DNA of 64,000 nt from Callorhinchus milii. Lineage: Eukaryota. Location of the stretch: positions 23,872,001-23,936,000 of the forward strand of contig NW_024704743.1 of the NCBI RefSeq assembly GCF_018977255.1, read 5' to 3'. Below are positions 36,826-49,280 of the stretch, one piece after another. A program made the position numbers and the translations under genes. The notes under the pieces are model-generated. The model had not been told where the DNA came from, made no database searches, and saw only the letters and a list, made by a program, of their open reading frames with translations. Each line of letters starts with the position of its first letter. The first letter of the stretch is position 1.

Positions 36826-37074
36826 TAGCAGTAAGTAGGAACCCAGTTAGTCAATTGGCAGATCGCGTCTCGGGTTAATAATTCCTCCAAAAAAAAATAA
36901 TAATAAATTGATCACTCAATCCATGACTGTTTGTGGGAAACTGCTGTGATCAATTGGCTGCCGCGTTTTGCCCACAAAATGTGGTCAATTCACTTCACAG
37001 TATATTGTGTGAAGCGCTTTGAGATGTCTCGAAGACGTGATAAGGCGCTATATCAAATGTAAGGATTATTATTA
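36826..37074 (+). mobile_element. tRNA-Ala SINE long form, 5'-truncated
   Basis: Begins within the long-form segment (CTAGCAGTAAGTAGGAACCC); core and tail are intact. Confidence 0.8.
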
Positions 37075-38289
37075 TGTAAGGTGTTTCCTACTCAAATTCA
37101 AGTACATGTGGCTAAACCTGTGGCTATTAAGCAATTGCTATTTAACAACACTGTCCTTAGGGGGAAATCTCAAGGGGGTTAAGATCTGGCTTGTGATTTG
37201 TAGAGTTAAGAGGGACGTAACCTTTTTTTTCCACGTAGAGGGTTATTAGAATAGGGTTAGGGTGGCTTTTGAACCTAAGGCCATAACAACATTTAAAAGG
37301 GAAACAAACAGAGAAAAATGGCATGACGAGTTCAGGAAAAGAACAAGGAATTGGAATTAGTACAGTCAGTTCAAGTAGAGGACCTCATACCAATCCAACA
37401 TAAACACACTGGGTTGAATCGTCTCCTTCCATGCTGTAATTTATAGAAATTCAAGGAAAGGTTCACCACAGTTTCTCTTTACACCTTGAGGATAATCACA
37501 TTAACTTCTATTTTAATAACTAAGTATCATTGGATTAATGTTGATGCAACGTCGAGTGACATTGGGCTGATAGTGAAGATGTGATGTTATCAGAATTTGC
37601 CCAGTAAGAGAATGACAGACTATCTGCAGGGTTTGAGAGGGCTCTGTTTGTTCAGTAGTGGGTGTGTTCAGCAGTTCTGCAACTCTTGGTTGATTTATGA
37701 GCAACATTTAGAGTTCAAATTGAGAGCATGGATCCGCAAGCCAATTTATGGCTTGTAAATGGAGCTGGAAAAATGGTATGTGATGAGCGTTTGCCACATG
37801 GGCTGTGCAAGCCAGCATGCACTGTAGAGGGAACCCATGTTGTGGTGAGTGTAAATCATTTATATTCCATCTATGAAGCCTATCGTAACTCAATTGCCAC
37901 TTCACCACTTGTAAGGTCAGCCTCACTTATAGAGCATAAATCACGTCCTGCAGCTGACCACAGCATAAGAAGAAATTTCCATTTTTCTCATGACTTATTA
38001 TGTCTTAACGTACTGCTAAGTGTAGTGACTGTTTTGGTAGGCAAACGTGACACTATCAGGAGGTACTCAATAAGTTAATAATAAATAATCCTTGCATTTA
38101 TCACTTATCTCAAAGTGCTCACAGAATTTGCTGTGAAATGGAGTGACTGTTTTTGTAGGAAAATGTAGCAGGATAATTGTGCACAGCAATGTGCCACAAG
38201 CAGCAATGAAACAAGTTTTTTTTATTTTGGGGGATTGTTTATTTTGGTGGACACCAGAAGAAACTCCCTTGTCTTCTCAGTGCCACAGG

Positions 38290-38560
38290 GTTTACGTCCC
38301 CCGAGTCCTCCGCTGTACCTTCAACAGCCGTGCCTTCAGCCACTATGCCCCGAGGCTCTGAAACTCCCTTCCTCATTCCCTTCACCTCGCCCCCTCTCTT
38401 CCTATTTTCAGATCTCAGCTGAAGACCTTTCTCTTCGATCGCACCTTTGGTCACCTTCCTCCCCCGCCCCCTAGCTCAGCCCCGGGATCCATTACTGTGA
38501 AGCGCTCTGAGACGCCGTCCGGTGTGGAGGGCGCCATAAAAATTCACGTTGTTGTTGTTG
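38290..38560 (+). mobile_element. L2 LINE 3' end
   Basis: SRAFSHYAPRL frame, then TGTGAAGCGCTCTGAGACG...GGCGCCATAAAAATTCACGTTGTTGTTG tail. Confidence 0.75.
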
Positions 38561-39971
38561 TCTTTAATGTCCACCTAAAAAGACAAACGGGACCTCAATT
38601 TAACGTCTAATCTGAAGGACGTAATGTGTGTCAGTGGGTTTGGGAAAGTGGTTTTGTTTGATGGTGTGTGTATCCCATGATAGGTATGCATCTTTGTAAC
38701 AAAAAAGGTAGCTTTTGGTAAACTCAGAAATATTATCACTAACAGAACAAGTACCCGGTGCTCCAGGGCTGCCTTATGCAACTGCTGACACTTTGTGCTT
38801 CAAGGTGACAGATGTCTGTCTGGGAATGAAGGTCATTCCATTCCAGAATCAGTATGAAGCACATCCAGGTGCTTATAAAGCTTGGTTGTATCCAATACTA
38901 GTAATAATAATCCTTGCATTTGATATAGCACCTTATCACGTCATTGAGACATCTCATACGCTTTACAGAATATAATGTAAAGTTAGTGACTATGTATTTT
39001 GTGCGCGAAACGTGGCAGCCAGTTGCACACAGATCTATTATCTAGAATAAAGCTCTAGATTCCCAACACAGAGTCTTCCTGATGCCAACCACATGACCTT
39101 GAAGGGCTAGAGAGGAGTCTCTAGATACTCTCTCAGAGGCATAGATGAAACGTCAAGAGTGCCGATCACTGCAGACTGGACACATGTTTGCCCATAAAGT
39201 TGCATTGGAATAAACGTAACATTTCAATCCATCCTCTTAACCAGGAAGCTCCACACAGAGGATATATTAAGACGGGGAAGGGGGTATTAGCAGACAGTAA
39301 CAGACTATTTGAAAAATAAGGAGGACTGGCTGGTACTCACAAGAATACTCCTTCACCTCTGGATCCATTCAAATCCATCACAGAAAGATTGGATGAAAGT
39401 CTTCTCTCCGGTGGCAGCAAAGGTTGAATGTGAAATGAGTCTGAACCCAGTTCTCAGCAGTGCAAGTCTGTCTATAACTCAACATTAATTGGCATTAAAT
39501 TGACAGTCAAGAGAGGCCATAAATGCAGCTAGTGTGGAAATGGATGTGTCACTCTTGTGCAGTTGGTAGAGGAAGAGCCTCTGCTGAAACTGGAATGAGG
39601 GCACGTTGCCCAAACTTTTTCCACTGCAACAAGCATTTTTACCTAAGGCATTAATTTGTCTACATTGCCCACAAAAGACACAGTGACTCCACTTTACAAT
39701 ACATCCCATGAAGCGCTTAGAGACATTCACTCTCCATACTAAATATAAGGATTATTATTATTAAAAATGTGCAGTCACAACACTGAACAGTAATTACCAT
39801 GAAGTACTTTGATATCAAATGCAGCAATTATTTAGTATTAGATTTAAAAGTAACATTTCCATTCTGCCCGCCCCCCACCACCACAGTCTTTTAATAATAA
39901 TCCTTAATTCTACCATCTATAATCCTTGTTACTATGATACTATGAAGATGGTCCATAATAATATGACCTTA

Positions 39972-40413
39972 TAATAATGATCCTTACATTTTACATAACG
40001 CCTTTCACATCAGGAGGACATCTCAAAGCGCTTCAGAAGATTTGCTGTAAAATGTAGTTACATGTGTATTTAGTAGGCAAATATGGAAGCCAATCTGAGC
40101 ACAGTGATATCCCACAAACATCCAAGAAGTGAGGAACTAATTTTATTTGGAGGATTGTTGGCTGGAACTTCAGGGGAAACTCTCATCTCTTTTTGAATAG
40201 CGCCATGAGATTTTTAACATCCACCTATACAGGCAGACGGGAGCTCGGTTTAATGTCTAATCCAAAAGGAAAGCACCTCCAACAATGCATCTCATCTCCA
40301 GCACTGTATTGGAGGGTCAGCCAATACAGTGAGTTGAAAGAACCAACATGGGCTTGAACTTACAACCTCCAAATTCGGAGGCAAAATTGTTGCCAACTGA
40401 GCCAGACTGACGC
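39972..40413 (-). mobile_element. SacSINE1-like DeuSINE, near full length
   Basis: Colinear reverse complement of the 52883 copy from head (GCGTCAGTCTGGCTCAGTTGG) to tail. Confidence 0.75.
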
Positions 40414-40932
40414 ATTTTAGAATGAAGCTGAAGTGAATTTATTTTCTAAAAAAAGCTTTATATGAGCAAGAGAATGGGGAGAGAAGTCAAGAAAAACATA
40501 AGGAAAACAAAAAGGGAGGTGAAAAGCGGGAACAAAAGATGTACCTCCGTTCTGTAGGGAGTGTGGAGCTGCAGGTTTGGTGACGGGAGAAACATTGTAT
40601 AACATATCCAAACTGCCTCCTGTAGGTCCGAAGTCCCGATCTACATTCCATTTTTCACAGCTGAAAACTGGATGCTCTTACTTCCCAACCTGAGAGGAGC
40701 TTCCAGGGCTTTCTCTTTATTTACAAACATTGTTGATGGTGGTTTGACCTCCGTGGCTGGAGCAGACCATGGTTTCCACATTGTTTAATGGGAGGTGACA
40801 GAACAGCACTCCCAGCGGGACGCAGTCTGCCGCTCTTGGTATTCTCTTTGTAAATGTATGTCACTGAACAAAAGGCAGAGCCAAAGCATCTTCATTACCT
40901 GCACGCATGCCTCTCACTCCCCACAGACAGAT

Positions 40933-41321
40933 AATGATATAATAATCCTTGCATTTGATAAAGTGCCTTATCACGTCTTCGAAACATCTGAAAGCGCTTC
41001 AGAGAATATACTGTAAAGTGAGTTGACTGTATGTTTTGTGAGCAAAATGTGGCGGTCAATTGCCCACAGCACTGTCCCACAAACAGTAGGGGATTAAATG
41101 GCCAAATGCTTTTTTTTTAATTTTGTTTATTTTGAAGGAACTATTACCCCTGGAAAAGCGATCTGCCAATCGACTAACAACCAGGTTCCTACTTACTGCT
41201 AGGTAAACAGAGGCGTGTGGAATAAGGAAAATTGCCTAATGTTTCACCCTGCCCGGGAATCGAACCCAGGTCCTCTAGCTTGCGAGGCGAGCGCTCAAAC
41301 CTCTAAGCTGCAGACCTCCAC
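40933..41321 (-). mobile_element. tRNA-Ala SINE, long form, full length
   Basis: Head, long-form segment, Deu core and tail are all present on the - strand. Confidence 0.85.
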
Positions 41322-44300
41322 TTTACATGCAGAACACTTTATCATGCATTCACAGGAAAATTGCCTTCACAATTGTGTCCAGAAAGAGTTACCATTTGTG
41401 AAATTATAATTGTGATTTCCTAAGCAGACTGTATACAACACTGACAAATGCACATTGCTGTGATGTGAGGCTGCTGCTCTGAGGCAACCTATTAATTAGC
41501 CGACAGATCATCACCGGAATATTAAAAGACTTGATTAGCCCAACTTTGTACAGCCAGAAAGCTGCTTTATTTAACTGTCCCTGCAATGTGGGACTTAAAG
41601 AATGGAATTATTAAAGTAATCACCATGACAACAAAATCCTATCTTTCAGGATGACAGCTGTGAGCAGCACAACATGTATCTTAGGCTGAATAGTGTAGAG
41701 ATGTGACAATGGAAGAATGTTCTGAAATTTTGCCGGAATAACTTTGGGGAGGGCTTACGTCTCTGGAGTCGGGGAAGGGAATCGATTTCTGATTTGCAGA
41801 AATAGGTTGCCCCAGAACCTGTGACAGCCCCGAATGAGGAAGATCACATCTAAGCAAAGAGATAAATGTTGTAGTCAACAGTTTCTGTTAATTTGATGTG
41901 ATTTTCATAAGTCAGCCATAACAGTGTAGGGGTATAGCAATGGTGTAACTGACATTAATTCATCGCCAGGATATGGGTTCAGATTGAAAAGGTTCCAGGA
42001 AGTTCAATTAAACACCTTCAGTCTCTTTAGTGCCGGATTCTTAAATGATGCTCAAAGGATGGCAATGGTGCCCCATAAACACAAGCAGAGCTCTTCACTT
42101 ACACTTAGCTCAGGCCCGAGCAGCTTGGAGCAAGTAGTATTACTGAGGTCTGCCAACTCCAAATTGCTATGCAGGCATTGGGTTGGTGCGTGAAACACAA
42201 CGTTGGCTGATCAGGAATACTTAATGATATTGCAGTTTGAAACAAAGATTCCTCACAGATCAGAACAATGTCAGATGTCGTGCATAATAAAAATGATGCT
42301 CCTCTGACAGAAAAACGCAGCAAAATATTGTTTGAAGTCTACTTTCACAGAATTGATTGACAGGTACCCTAAGTGGGACAACCAGTAATTGCTTCCCTTA
42401 AGCCTCCTTGTCTGCCTGGAAATTTCTGTAAGGCGACATGGAAATTAACCTGGCCTTTTTACTGCTGTCTTGAAGAAATTGGCTTCCAGTGACCACAGAA
42501 AAGATAACAGAATAATCAATGGAAACCAGGCCACGTGTTCTGGGCCCTCGAGGTATGAGGACTTCAGAAAGAATAAAACATGGGGAGATTAGTCTATTGT
42601 TGAAGAAATGAATGCAGTTAACATTCATTAGAATTGGAGAGAATAGATCTGAAGGAAATGGAACTGCCTTAAGGTATCTTATTTGCTTCAAGGAAGTTTT
42701 AATTTTTAAAATCCCCCTTCAAATTTTGGCCGTCTTCTCCCAAAGGTACAGCTTTGTGCTGCGGTGCAGTATATTGGGTGAGAGACACCACTTAGTTCCT
42801 CTCCCATTCTTCTTTTTGAGCCATTAAGCTTCTGGGGCAAGATTGGAGGATTTCCACACTAGCTTGATCCTTGTCTCATTCAACATCTACATGCGCAAAT
42901 TTCAGAAAGGGTTACTGGATATCGGTCAGATGTGATTTCACATCCCCCAGAGCTGCTCTGTTCCTATTGATTATCACAAAGGAACCCTAACCCATTTTGA
43001 GATTAGATCCCACTGTCTCTCTTTCTCTTTGAGTTTCTCTAACCTTCTCTAGCTCTGTCTATTCTAATTCTTTTTCTATCTTAAAACTGCACTCCAGTTG
43101 TGCGCAAGTTATGCACAAGATTATTAAGAGCTTAATTCAGCTGCCCATAGTGAGCAAATCAGTTAACTTGGCTGCCCCAACAGAGGGGTTGGGATTCCAT
43201 TGCAATAGACAATAGAAACAGGGTGAGGGATCTCTAGTCTCTGCTGAGGACCTGCCACAGCCTGTGGTACTGAAATCCATAGTGCCACTACTACTGCTGT
43301 CCTACTTTACCGGAAAGACCTCCAGACCTCTTTATTAAAAGAAAAGGCTTGGCTGGCTGCCATAATTTTCAGCCCACAGATACCTTTTTTTACCTTAACA
43401 ATGTTCACTATTTTTGTGTGGGGATGGGGAGGGAAGAGTATGGCAAAGTATTACGACTTCATTATTCAATTCAAATGGCATAATTATCACCTGTGATATT
43501 CTCACATTGGCAAAGATTACAGGCCAAGCCAGTCAATTATTATTGAATAGGCTTGGCCTGAACCTCCCCCAACCCTTCCCCATCCCACCATGAGACTGGC
43601 CCTATAGTTTTGCTCAAAGCATCTTGCTACCCCCAGTGTTATCAATCCAATGTTTTATTCGAGTACCACTTCACAAATTTCCAGTAGTATCAAATAGGGA
43701 TTACACTGGTTGATCTCTGGATTGTAAATGCTTCAATAATAATAATTCTTTCATTTAATATAGTGCCTTATCACTTCATCAAGACATCTGAAATCGTCAT
43801 AGGATATACTGTGAAGTGTAGTGACTGTGTATTTTGTCGGCAAACGAGGCAGCCATTTTGCAATGTCCAGAAAGCAGCCATGGAGTGAATGGGGTTAAAA
43901 AGGGAGAGGAAAGATGGTAGAGGTTAGGACTGGATAAGACTCATTGAACTGGGTTGAACTCATCAAGAAACATGTTGATACTGTAATGGGAAGACAATAA
44001 GGTGGGTATTCTGGAACGATGAGATCAAATGGGTTGAAAGGCATTCTTCATGCCGAACTTCTGTTATGAGCCTGATCTTATGAAATTTTACAATTAGCGA
44101 TGTGAATCAGTTTCCTCTTGAGACTGGGGAGCATGGATAGATACAAGGTGTCCACTCTACTCCAGTAAGTTCCTGAGTAAGACACTGCAACGAGAGGAAA
44201 TAATATGCCATGATATCTGCAGTATCTGCAATGATAGCGTATTAAGTAGATCAGTGAGCTTTATTTCTCCTTGAAGGCATAAGTCTCCCTCAACAAGATT

Positions 44301-44336
44301 GCTTGTCTTCCAACCAACTTATTTTGACCAGAATAA

Positions 44337-44600
<264 letters not shown>

Positions 44601-44852
44601 TAGTCTTGGCTCTTCTGTACTCTACACCTGAGAAGCTGGCAGAAATGCTGCTCTTAACAGGGGCCATTAGTGGGACTTCATTTTCATTGAAAGAAAAATA
44701 TTCTGACATTTAGAATGAACTGGTATCAAGTACAATACAATTTACACTTTATATAGCTCCTTTCACATCGGGAGGACCTCTCAAAGCACTGGACAGTGCC
44801 GAATGGGCATCTAGAGTTTGGGAATACAGGAACAACAGCAACAAATTACATT

Positions 44853-45161
44853 TGGAGTCCTGTAGTTCAGTGGTTAGAGGACTCGCCTTGCAAGCAGACA
44901 CCTGGGTTCAATTCCAGGCAGTGTGAAACTTTGGGCAAGTTTCCTTACTCCACACGTCTAATAATAATCCCTCCAAAACAAAACAATAATAAATTGGTCA
45001 TTTTCAATCAATGGCTTTGTGGGACACTGATGTGTGCAATTGGCTGCCACGTTTTGCCCACAAATATACAGTCAATTCACTTTACAGCATATTCTGTTAA
45101 GCGCTTTGAGACGTCTAGAAGATGTGAAAAGCGCTGTATCAAATGCAAGGTATATTATTAT
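44853..45161 (+). mobile_element. tRNA-Ala SINE, short form, ~250 nt downstream of a CTNND2 exon
   Basis: Full head to tail, flanked by the direct repeat ATTTG (44850-44854 and 45160-45164). Confidence 0.88.
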
Positions 45162-46212
45162 TTGTAAAGCGCCTTTCATGTCCTAGATACATGAGGCTGA
45201 GGCCTTTTACCCACTACACCATCGTTACAGTGCCTTGTTACAGTAGTTCTAACTGATATTACTGCCACATTGCGAAGCTTACACATTGTTATCAGCCCAT
45301 TGTTATCATCATCAGCTCAGGAACAAAATCTCCTGGGCTTGCTCACTCCTCATTTCCTATGTATCATTATCCAGTCGTATCTTCTGTATGCAGGCGCAAT
45401 GGGAGACCAACTCTGCAATAGATCCAGAGTCAACAAAATTGGTTACAATACACTCCCTAGTTGCCTTAAGAGATGGCCATTACACCAAAGACAAAGTGGT
45501 AGTGTAAAAGTGGCACAGAACTAGAGGGAGGGAAATCGATAGTCTACCAGAGTCATTCCCTTCACCAGGAATGAAGCAAACTTGTTGGCAGTAAGATTCA
45601 CTAGCAATATGCTGAAAAGTCAGGCAGTATAATTCTGCCTTCCACCATCAGTGTAGGTTTCACAATGAAATCCTCAGTGAATAACACCCAGCTAGATCCT
45701 AGCAGGTGGTGCCTTTGTGTATTTGTCGGGGTCTACCGCAAAGTGCCACAGTTATAATATAATTAGACGGCTGCCAAATCTACTTGAAAGGTGCTGCTTG
45801 CAACTGTGATAAGCATTCATTGACAAGGAATCCTGCAGAGTAGCAGCCCTAATAATATGCCATTGCTCGTCACAACATGTTTGCTCATCTCTTTGTTTAC
45901 TGTCAAAACATGTAGCTTTAGGGGCAGTTTGTGTGCTTATGATAAACATGATCACTTCAAACAGCTAGAAGATGTGTAGCTGTTCAGATAAATGCAGCAA
46001 GTTTCCCACAGACCATCAGAACATAAGATTTGCTGAACAAAAGAAGTCCCAAGATCCATCCAGTTTAGCTTCCAACATCCTGCCAGTCACATGCACATGG
46101 CAAGTCCCACATTACATATTGTATCCCAAAATCTTATTTCCTAAAAGAAATCTATCTAACTTGCTTTTAAGTGGATTTGGCAGCTGTCCAATTATACTTA
46201 CCCATAAATTAT

Positions 46213-46519
46213 TATAACAATAATAATCCATGCATTTGATATAGCGCTTTTCACGTCTTCTAGATGTCTCAAAGCGCTTCACAGAATATGCTGTAAAGTG
46301 AATTGACTGTATATTTGTGGGTGAAACATGCAGCCAATTGCGCACAGCAGTCATTGATTGAAAATGACCAATTTATTATTGTTTTGTTTTTTGGAGGGAT
46401 TATTATTAGGCTCTGTGTGGAGTAAGGAAACTTGCCCAAGGTTTCGCCCTTTGCCTGGAATTGAACTCAGGTCTCTCGCTTGCAAAGCGAATGCTCTAAC
46501 CACTGAGCTACAGGACTCC
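46213..46519 (-). mobile_element. tRNA-Ala SINE, short form
   Basis: Head nearly identical to the copies at 1781 and 14452. Confidence 0.88.
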
Positions 46520-48960
46520 GATATCAGATATAGTGGAGAGAAATTCCAAGTGGGTCTCGATTTATCCCATTTATGTAGCATTTTAGAGAACTCAGAATTT
46601 GGTGAATTATTGAATTCAGTCTTAATTTTGATTTTTTTTAAACTTACAGACACTTGATTGAAAATTAAGGCTGAATTTACCAAATAGTGGGCACTCTGAA
46701 ATGCTGCATAAATGGAGTAAATCCAGATCCAGGTGGCATTTTCCCTTACACATGGGCTGCTGGCAACTGAGGAACAATACTGCAGTGTGTCACTGCCTTC
46801 AGGAGAAAATTGGACCAAGAAAGGGATTGCAATGTTCTTGTTCTTTATTCTGTTTTATTGCTTAAAGGCTGTCCATTTGCCTCATCTTCTCATTAAGTTG
46901 TGAGGTGAGCCCATGGAACTGGGTAATGCCGGAAAGGTTTAAGCCTTCAGTCATACCTCTGAACTGACACAATGTTTCTCCCAGTCAACAACCACAATTT
47001 ATATTTATAAAACGGCTTTCATATCATGAAGATGTCTTAAAGCGCTTCAAAGAGCTGACTGGGAGCCCAAGCTGGAGGTGGAGCCGAGAAATGGTGATGG
47101 AGATAGGTGGCCAAAAGTGCAGTCAAAAAAAAAGGTCCAAGGCAGGTTTTAAACGTGGGGAGGAAGGAAACAAGAAAGTGGAGGGACTCCTGGAAGGAGC
47201 TCCAGAGAGCAGAACAAAATGGCAGCAAGCTTACCCATTGATGCTGGGGCAGATAGATCTCGTGAAATTCAGGCACCTTCTTGCTTGTATACTCATCCCT
47301 AATTCCTTTTTTTCCATTCAGTAGCTGGACCCCTTTATTTCCTCTGTTTTACTCCAATTTGCATGGAGCACTGAACTCAATATACAGGCGGTAGTGTATA
47401 TATATGTGCCTGACTATATATCTTCAAATAAGGCTGGAGATGGTTCATGCTTTGGTGTGTGGTCTTCGAGCATATATTTGTTTTGTGAAGAAAGAGATGT
47501 ATACACAGTTTTAGCTGGTTAGAGTCTAAGGCAAAATAAAACAATCAAATATTAAATCTTGAGACGAGTCCAGTAACATTCAATGTTGAGACCATTTCAG
47601 TCACGCTCAGTATTGAGACAATGCAGCATATGGTGGCAGATACAGTAATGAAGGTTCATCACAGCAGCAAGAAAGCAAAAGTGAGCCCTAGAAAATCATA
47701 CACATTTCTTATCTACAAAGGTTTAAGTAACAAATGCAATTCAACCACTATCTCAATCATTGGAAACGTGGAGGAGGTGGACTTTCTAATCTAGCACAAT
47801 GTCATGATGATGAATCCAAGTCAATTAATTGGCATTTATACCTGGGTTAGTTGTTATATTCATTAGTGCTTATCTATGTTTATAGAATATCTTCTCCCAG
47901 ATTGCCCTACAATGTGGATCTGAAAGGTGTCAACAGATTGAGTGATGCAGTGGCTTAAGTGAAGATTAGAAAGTTGGGATGAATATTTCATTAGATAATT
48001 ATTTAGGGAGGACAACTTTGAAGGGCTATGGGGAGAGTGCAAGGGACTGGGGTTGAATTGGATAGCTCTTTTCAAAGAGCCGGCACAGACACGATGGGCC
48101 GAATGGCCTCCTTCTGTGCTGTATAATTCTATGATTCTATTATTCTGTGAATGTCTGCTCCCTCTGCTTGCTGTGAAGGTCCTATACGAAGTGAGTTTGT
48201 ATTGTTCAAACTCATTTTTAGTGGGTGTGAAACCATGGGATAAAGTGGGCCAACATTTCCAAACTACAACAACAAAAAGATTACATTTGTATAGCGCCTT
48301 CACATCGGGAGGACGTCCCAAGGCACTGGACAGTGTACAGCATTTCAGACCCAAGCTGGGGTTAGGGAGGGGAGGGGAAGGGGGGTGACCGATGGCATGG
48401 TCAAAGAGGAGGGTCTTGAGGCGAGACTTGAAAGAGACTATGGAGGTTTTTTTTTAAATAAATGACAGATGAGATGTCAAACCGAGGTCCCATCTGTCTG
48501 TTCAGGTGGATTTTAAAGATTCCAGTTTGAAAATAGAAGGGAGTTTCTTCTTGTCCTGGCCAACAATCCTTCAAATATCATTTGCAAGACTAATAGAACA
48601 TTGGAGTTTAATTTGCACAAGACGTATCACTGACAATACTTTGCAATAAGCATAATGTTCTTGCACAAGGCACAGAGTCTGCAGTAAGTGACATCAACTG
48701 CACTTCCTGCGATTAGTGTGCTTGCTCACAATGCACAGGAACTTTTGGCAGCATTGACCTGGAAATCCTGAAGGTAGCCATCTTTTCGGGTTCTGAGCTG
48801 ATGATCCCAGGTTACTGTACTATAATGGGTTGTACAGGTTGTAAGTTTCAGTCTGCCTCAGTTGGTAGCCCCTGAATCAGAAAATTGTGGGTTCAAGTCT
48901 TAATTTGGGACTTTGAAGTTAAGAATTGTTTTGCCTTATCACATATCTCATGTTTTCCCT

Positions 48961-49280
48961 CATGGTTCCGACAGTGCTGGCTGCTCTCTGGTACCTCACT
49001 CCTATAGCCATTCTTTTTGTGTGGCTAGATAGTAGGTGCCAATAGAGTATTGACTGGGGGAGCAGGGGGAACTGTGTTCGCCCAATAACCACAAGTATCC
49101 TTTTTCCACCAGGGGTTGCTAAATAATGCTTGGGAGTGGATGATGTCTGCCCTTACCACCATCCACCAGTTGAGGCTAATTGTAATGCCCTGCCCCTTTG
49201 CCAGCTAAGATCGTGTACTAGGCACAGACAAGGGATTAAATCAGTGACCTGCTGGGTCTTTGTGGTTCAGCTTCACTCAG
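48961..49280 (-). mobile_element. LF-SINE-like ancient SINE, near full length (other fragments at ~120, 9800, 16780, 23935, 42830, 51480, 52250)
   Basis: Reverse complement reads GCTGAACCACAAAGACCCAGCAGGTC...TGTCTGTGC...ACAATTAGCCTCA...ACCCCTGGTGGAAA...AAGAATGGC...GAGGTACCAGAGAGCAGCCAGCAC...GGAACC, colinear with the recalled LF-SINE consensus. Confidence 0.6.
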
